Assembly: GCA_027310185.1 (NCBI GenBank)
Contig: DAIDBH010000013.1
Location: 1 to 64,000, forward strand
Source: Thermoplasmatales archaeon
GTDB taxonomy: Archaea > Thermoplasmatota > Thermoplasmata > Thermoplasmatales > Thermoplasmataceae
Direction: 5' to 3'
DNA length: 64,000 nucleotides
The position numbers and the translations under genes are program-made. The notes beneath the pieces were generated by a model. The model was given only the letters and a program-made list of their open reading frames with translations. It ran no database searches and was not told the origin of the DNA. This document shows positions 58,790 through 64,000 of this stretch, piece by piece. How positions within the stretch are numbered: the stretch's first letter is position 1; the number at the start of each line of letters is the position of its first letter.

Positions 58790-60069
58790 GTGGCATCCTG
58801 TGGCAATAATCTCCCTGCCACTATTGGCAGGTAGATTGTCTGCAAGAGGATTGATATCAGTACAATGAAAGTAACATCAATTTCAAGAACAAGTCCCCAT
58901 TTTAGCAATAGAGCATTACCGGAGAGCAGTCCTATTGAGTATGGAACGGCTCCCTCCACCACAGAAACCACCCCACGGGGACCGGAAAGTGCTATGAAAG
59001 TTTTTGTTCTCCAGCTCTTTGCTGGACCCTTATTCTTTGATCTTCCCGGAGGTAATGATATGAAGACTGCCATTGGTCTTACAACAAATATAACTATAAG
59101 CGTCAGGATGAAACCCTGCAGCAGGTAACCGGTAATATCTCCTATTGTTATGAGACTCCCAACTAGAATGAAAATTATACCCTGGGCAAGAAATGAGAGA
59201 TTTTCCTGGAAGTTTGATTCCCTTGACCAGAATATGCTCTTGTCTGTAAATGTCCCGACAATGGCACCTGTTGCAATGATTGCTGGGAAGGGAGTGATTC
59301 CTATGCCATAGAGAACAGTGAGTTCAAAAAGAACCACACCAAGAAGCAGGCCAACGATGAGATTCTCAAAATTCAGGTATTTGTTGAGATATATAATCCC
59401 GAAACCCATGATAACCCCAAATACCGATGGAACTGCTATCTGGATCACCAGGAACAATGGAATGCCTCCTATCAATCCCACAGCACCGGTAACGCTGTTG
59501 AAAAGCGTTGAGTAGGATGAGCCTGAGTAGATGAATGATATTGCAAGTGTGACAAGAATAATAGCCAGTGGATCGTTGAAAAGGCTCTCCCCTATAAGAG
59601 TTCCAGAGTAATCATCCTTTATCTTGATTTTCCTGAACAGTGGGATCAGTGTTGAAGGATCTGTTGGAGATATTATTGCTCCAAACAGGAATCCAATCAG
59701 GAACGGGGCGCCTGTAAGCAGGGAAAAGAATATGCCTGCAACTACCGAGGTAACAACCATACCAACCGTATTCAGGGATATGATGTTAAGCAGGAACTTC
59801 CTTATTACCCTGAAATTTATGTTGTGGCTCTCGTAATACAGGATGATCACCAATCCAAGTATGCCAACACCAAATCCCGCGAAATCCTGAATCATATACT
59901 CTGCAAAGCTGTGATTAATGACTCCAAGACCGGGTCCAAAAAGTAGTCCCAGTGAGATCAATATTGGAATTTCTACCAGGGATACCTTCCTTGCTATAGG
60001 AATAGAAAAAGATGCTATCACCAGTAAAAGGCTGAGTTGAATGAAGTCCTTACTTTCAAATGTCAGCAT
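58780..60069 (-). CDS. CPA1/NhaP-type cation:proton antiporter
   Basis: SPTDP, GESLFNDP, GPRGVV; 12-13 TM segments. Confidence 0.9.
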   Translation of the reverse strand: MLTFESKDFIQLSLLLVIASFSIPIARKVSLVEIPILISLGLLFGPGLGVINHSFAEYMIQDFAGFGVGILGLVIILYYESHNINFRVIRKFLLNIISLNTVGMVVTSVVAGIFFSLLTGAPFLIGFLFGAIISPTDPSTLIPLFRKIKIKDDYSGTLIGESLFNDPLAIILVTLAISFIYSGSSYSTLFNSVTGAVGLIGGIPLFLVIQIAVPSVFGVIMGFGIIYLNKYLNFENLIVGLLLGVVLFELTVLYGIGITPFPAIIATGAIVGTFTDKSIFWSRESNFQENLSFLAQGIIFILVGSLITIGDITGYLLQGFILTLIVIFVVRPMAVFISLPPGRSKNKGPAKSWRTKTFIALSGPRGVVSVVEGAVPYSIGLLSGNALLLKWGLVLEIDVTFIVLISILLQTIYLPIVAGRLLPQDATQT

Positions 60070-60071
60070 TT

Positions 60072-60794
60072 CTAATCTGTTTCCGGACCCCTTGGAAGAT
60101 TTCTCTTGTGCATACTTGCCTCATACAGGGATTTAACCCGCTTCCCAACTTCGTTGTCCTGGAACCGTCCATTCCTGATGAAATAATCTACCTCCCTGTC
60201 AATTATTGAATAAGAAAAACCAAGCTCCCTCTCATCAGTCTGGTCTTTCCATAAACCTGCACTTGGAGGTTTCCGGATTATGCTTTCCGGGACACCCATC
60301 TCCGTGGATAGTTCCCTTACCTGTGTCTTTGTAAGCCCTATGATGGGTTCCACGTCGCATCCACCATCGCCGAATTTGGTAAAATAGCCCGTCACATATT
60401 CGGTCAGGTTTGTTGTTCCCACAACCATTCCGTTGTTCAAATTCGAGTAATAATAAAGCACAGTCATCCTGATTCTAGATTTCACATTTCCGAGAGATTT
60501 CATGTCCTTTATTTCTAGAAGATTGCTGAATGACTTGACTATGTTCTCTATGTATACTGTTTTTATCTCAATACCGGAAGCTTTCTCCAGGGCTATTATA
60601 TCATTTAGATCATTCTGGCTTACAGACGATTCTGGAAGGAATATGGGTATTATTTTTTCCCTGGGGATGGAACGAGCAAGCAACATGAGTACTAGTGAAC
60701 TGTCAATTCCACTGCTAACACCTAAAATTGCGGGTTTATCGTTCAGTGAAGATTTTAGAAAGTTAATTAATTTTTCCTTCTCAGATAGAGCCAT
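60072..60794 (-). CDS. nadE: NH3-dependent NAD+ synthetase
   Basis: GVSSGIDS, GNVKSRIRM, GT.N.TE...GYFTKFGDG, L.KTQV, KPPSAGLW..QTDE.ELG. Confidence 0.94.
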   Translation of the reverse strand: MALSEKEKLINFLKSSLNDKPAILGVSSGIDSSLVLMLLARSIPREKIIPIFLPESSVSQNDLNDIIALEKASGIEIKTVYIENIVKSFSNLLEIKDMKSLGNVKSRIRMTVLYYYSNLNNGMVVGTTNLTEYVTGYFTKFGDGGCDVEPIIGLTKTQVRELSTEMGVPESIIRKPPSAGLWKDQTDERELGFSYSIIDREVDYFIRNGRFQDNEVGKRVKSLYEASMHKRNLPRGPETD

Positions 60795-60873
60795 GAAAAA
60801 GATATTAACTAACCAGTTAATTAATTATCCGTTGAATTTCTATACTACAAAAATATTTCACTTATGGGAAAGA

Positions 60874-61743
60874 TCAGAAATTGAGTCTCTCCTCAATCCT
60901 GTCTATGGATGCCTTCATCATGTTGCTGAATAATACCGATGTTGTTACTGGACCCACTCCACCCGGCACCGGTGTCACAAAAGCTGCTTTGCCTGATATT
61001 GAGTTGAAATCAACATCTCCCACAATATTCCCCCCAACCTCAGTTGTACCAATATCTATGAGTGAAACACCCTCTGATATGTAACTCGCATCTATATAGC
61101 CCGGTTTTCCTATTGCAGATACAATTATATCACTTGATTTTGTAATTTCCTTCAGATTACGTGTTTTACTGTGACAGACAGTTACTGTAAAATCCTTATT
61201 CAGGAGTGCCATTGCAAGTGGTCTTCCTACTATTGTTGACCGGTTTATGATGCACACATCCTTATAGTGATCTTCACCCAGGCTCAGTATTATGCGTAAT
61301 GCTGCATCAGCTGTCGCTGGAAGGATATACGGATATCCGATCATGTTCTTTCCCTGGGATTTTATTGATATTCCTTCAATATCCAGATATTCCGGGATTA
61401 TCTGTTCTATGTAGAATGAATCCAGCCAGTATGGATAGGGTCGTTCCACTATTATTCCATCTGGATTGACCTCAGAAATTATGTTTTCCATTATTTCAAG
61501 TGGATTCCCATTTGAACCTGGTGAATTCAGGAAGAGTGGGAAAGTTTCTATTCCAAGCCTGTCAGCCTTCCGGATCTTGCTCCTTCCGTATACCTTTGTT
61601 TCTTCACTCTGCGTTGGATCTATTATGAGAAGCTTTGGTTTTCTGCCCTGTATGCTGACAAATCTCTCCACTAGCTTTTCAGTTTCCCTGTCTATGTTCC
61701 CTGAGAATGCCTTCCCATTAAAGATATCTGTTTTCATTACCAT
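60874..61743 (-). CDS. folD: Methylenetetrahydrofolate dehydrogenase/cyclohydrolase
   Basis: YxxxK (YGRSK), PAT, NRS.IVGRPL, TVTVCHSKT, IDIG, GDVDF, TPVPGGVGP.T. Confidence 0.93.
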   Translation of the reverse strand: MVMKTDIFNGKAFSGNIDRETEKLVERFVSIQGRKPKLLIIDPTQSEETKVYGRSKIRKADRLGIETFPLFLNSPGSNGNPLEIMENIISEVNPDGIIVERPYPYWLDSFYIEQIIPEYLDIEGISIKSQGKNMIGYPYILPATADAALRIILSLGEDHYKDVCIINRSTIVGRPLAMALLNKDFTVTVCHSKTRNLKEITKSSDIIVSAIGKPGYIDASYISEGVSLIDIGTTEVGGNIVGDVDFNSISGKAAFVTPVPGGVGPVTTSVLFSNMMKASIDRIEERLNF

Positions 61744-61752
61744 TCCTGCATC

Positions 61753-62838
61753 CTAATCCCATTTAATTACGCTTTTGATTTCTCCCTGTGGCTTCTTGTT
61801 GAACAGCCCCAGTTCGCCCGGGGCGAATTTATTAGTTATCATCCTGTTCAGCATGCCCCTGTGAAGTCGATTCCACTTTGAAAGATAATCCAGTGCTTTA
61901 AGGTAATGGACCTCGGCGGCATCTACAGAACCGGCTATGGTTATGTTTCTCTCAACAATAAAGTCAATGTCCTCCCCTGATAATCCTGCCTGGGGAGCTT
62001 TTCCGTTGGTTCCAAAGAGTATCAGGATACCGTTGTGGTTCATCTTTCTGAGGAACCTGAAAATTGTTGCCGGATCACCGCTGGTATCCACGATGAGGTC
62101 AAGCTTCATATCACCGGGAAACTCCGGTTCCTTTGATGTGTCCCTGAAATTAACTCCAAATGCATTGCAGAGTTCTGTGGGAATCTGGTCTATTGGATGC
62201 CTGTTGACCATGAATGTATTAAAGCCATAATCTCTTGCGAGGAATGAGTAAAGAAACGCTTCGCTACCGGTACCTATTATAAGTGCATTCTTACCATCAA
62301 ATGTTGAGTAGATATTTTCATAAATGAATCTTGATCTCACTTTATCAAAAACCTCAAACGCCTTTACGACATTCTTCGTGGGTTCAGTCAGTACTGCAAC
62401 TTCTCCAAGATCGACATCCTGAACCCTGACCAGATTGTAGTCGAATTCATTGAAAGAGTCTCTCATGAAACCGTGAAGTCCTGTGATTCCAGCTTCATGC
62501 TTATTTCCGTCTGAGCAGTTATCAGGCCTGCCTATCCTGCAGTTGGGGCAATCTCCTGGTCTTCTTACTATGGGAACAACCACGTCTCCCTTTTTGAATT
62601 TCTCCGATTTTGAATCTGTTACAATACATAATGATTCGTGCCCAATTACAAGAAAATCATATCCTTCAGGATTATATGCGAAGGAAAGTGCCCCATTCAC
62701 CATGCCCCTATCTGTACCACAAATTCCAGTCATTAAGGGCTTGAGTGAAACGTTGCCTGGTGAATCCTTGATTTCAATCTTTTCATATTTTATTCCACCA
62801 CCTGGTGCATTTGTTATATAAGCATTTACGGTCGTCAT
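61753..62838 (-). CDS. gdh: Glucose 1-dehydrogenase (Zn-dependent MDR, non-phosphorylative Entner-Doudoroff pathway)
   Basis: GICGTDR, GHES, VRRPG.C.NC.IGRPDNC, EAGI.GLHGFMR, LTEP.KNV.K, GSVDA, GEIKSVIKW. Confidence 0.92.
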   Translation of the reverse strand: MTTVNAYITNAPGGGIKYEKIEIKDSPGNVSLKPLMTGICGTDRGMVNGALSFAYNPEGYDFLVIGHESLCIVTDSKSEKFKKGDVVVPIVRRPGDCPNCRIGRPDNCSDGNKHEAGITGLHGFMRDSFNEFDYNLVRVQDVDLGEVAVLTEPTKNVVKAFEVFDKVRSRFIYENIYSTFDGKNALIIGTGSEAFLYSFLARDYGFNTFMVNRHPIDQIPTELCNAFGVNFRDTSKEPEFPGDMKLDLIVDTSGDPATIFRFLRKMNHNGILILFGTNGKAPQAGLSGEDIDFIVERNITIAGSVDAAEVHYLKALDYLSKWNRLHRGMLNRMITNKFAPGELGLFNKKPQGEIKSVIKWD

Positions 62839-62994
62839 ATATGATCAGTGTGTTATTTTTAAAAAACATTTGCCACTGAAATCCCCGTAAAAATTTATCC
62901 CCATATCAATAAAGATAAAATTAGAAATTTCGTATAATCAGAAATTTATAATGAGGTCAATAGGTTTTCCAGTTATTGAATTTTCAATACATTA

Positions 62995-63573
62995 TCAGAT
63001 CTGGTGACCCATCTTTTCCTTCTTTGTCATCAGATAGAACTTGTTGTATTCCGTCGTCTGGCTCTTTATGGAAATCCTTCCTGAAACGTTGATCCCGTTT
63101 TCTTCAAGAAACTTGATCTTTTCAGGATTGTTTGTCATAAGTTTCACACTCTTGATCCTGAAGTAATTTATCACGTCCACTGCGAATGTATAGTCTCTCT
63201 GATCTGCAGGCAGCCCCAGTTTAAGGTTTGCCTCAACGGTATCATATCCCTCTTCCTGGAGACTGTATGCCTTAATTTTATTCACCAGACCTATTCCCCT
63301 GCCTTCCTGCCTGAGATAGATGAGCATTCCATAGGGTTGCTCTCCAAGATATACAAGAGATTTCAGGAGCTGATCTCTGCAGTCACATCTCTTTGACCCA
63401 AAAACATCACCTGTCAGGCATTCACTGTGTATTCTAACAGGAACATTTTCCTTCCCTGTTACATCTCCCTTTACAATCACCGCGTTTTCATTTGGTTCGC
63501 CATCATTAAATGTGTAAATATCAAAAAATCCTGCCAAGGTTGGTAATTTGGCTTTTGCTGCTAATGTTATCAT
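62995..63573 (-). CDS. ribA: GTP cyclohydrolase II
   Basis: [59 protein letters not shown]. Confidence 0.95.
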   Translation of the reverse strand: MITLAAKAKLPTLAGFFDIYTFNDGEPNENAVIVKGDVTGKENVPVRIHSECLTGDVFGSKRCDCRDQLLKSLVYLGEQPYGMLIYLRQEGRGIGLVNKIKAYSLQEEGYDTVEANLKLGLPADQRDYTFAVDVINYFRIKSVKLMTNNPEKIKFLEENGINVSGRISIKSQTTEYNKFYLMTKKEKMGHQI

Positions 63574-63645
63574 TCTTCTTCATGTAATAATCACTTCAGC
63601 GTATTAAAAACTATATTTGAAAAATTTTAATATAATAGTTATTTT

Positions 63646-64000
63646 TCACTTTTCCCTGACTGAGTGTGCAAGCATCATGCCAAAATAAACTGCCACATAA
63701 TGATAATCAATCTTCATCCTCATTCCGGATTCTTCAAGAATACCCTTTAGAATCAACATGTTCCAGAAACTGTCCGGTTTACCCTTATTGACTATTTCCT
63801 GGTCAATGCTCATTACAGGATCCATTGAATTGTTCATTATGGCATTTATCAGTATCTGCTCATATTTTACTGCTTCCTCTGAATAACCGTAGGGTCCCTT
63901 TTCGGAATGTGTATGTGCCTGGTCCGCACTCAATATGATACTCACCTTTTTCGGGTAGTTTCTCACAATTTGAAACAGTATCTTCCCGAAGTCAACCAGT
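63646..64000 (-). CDS. LigB/extradiol dioxygenase subunit B-like protein, C-terminal part (5' end lies beyond the window)
   Basis: The frame stays open to the window edge (LVDFGKILFQIVRNYPKKVSIILSADQAHTH..GPYG...YFGM); S.D..H and YFG motifs of the LigB/MEMO fold. Confidence 0.6.
   Translation of the reverse strand, partial: LVDFGKILFQIVRNYPKKVSIILSADQAHTHSEKGPYGYSEEAVKYEQILINAIMNNSMDPVMSIDQEIVNKGKPDSFWNMLILKGILEESGMRMKIDYHYVAVYFGMMLAHSVREK

Noticed and set aside
60072-61743. Motif deviations in NadE (SSGIDS for SGGIDS) and FolD (VERP for VQLP)
   Set aside because: All other catalytic motifs are intact, and as I recall Thermoplasma FolD has the same Glu variant; not enough to infer changed function.
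1-64000. CRISPR arrays, rRNA, SRP or RNase P RNA, integrases, defence systems, and the many short antisense ORFs in the track
   Set aside because: No spaced direct repeats, long GC-rich structured RNA or relevant protein motifs were seen; the antisense ORFs lie wholly within well-supported genes.

Overview
Gene-dense archaeal chromosomal window. The gene set (priL, srp19, rps8e, rnp4, nep1, arcS, elp3, long-form pheS, Thermoplasma-type hemA, folD and gdh) and the 'FTETGLPSG' surface repeats point to Thermoplasmatales; a Cuniculiplasma-like organism is my inference. It holds about 55 CDS, three tRNAs (His-GUG, Gly-GCC, Ala-GGC) and the end of an ISL3-family IS at the left edge. Recognisable modules are a PadR-regulated DrrAB-type ABC exporter, kdpFABC (kdpF is missing from the ORF track) with a convergent tandem-USP gene, a pyrD-pyrK-queE-pyrC operon, a 7-gene MoxR/DUF58 operon headed by a 1014-aa surface protein, treY-treZ trehalose genes and a two-ATPase type IV pilus/secretion locus. 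The most striking item is a membrane-anchored, stalked DUF3494 ice-binding-domain protein just downstream of tRNA-Gly, preceded by a perfect 14-bp inverted repeat and lying about 4 kb from treYZ. All family calls come from motif recognition by eye; no database searches were run.
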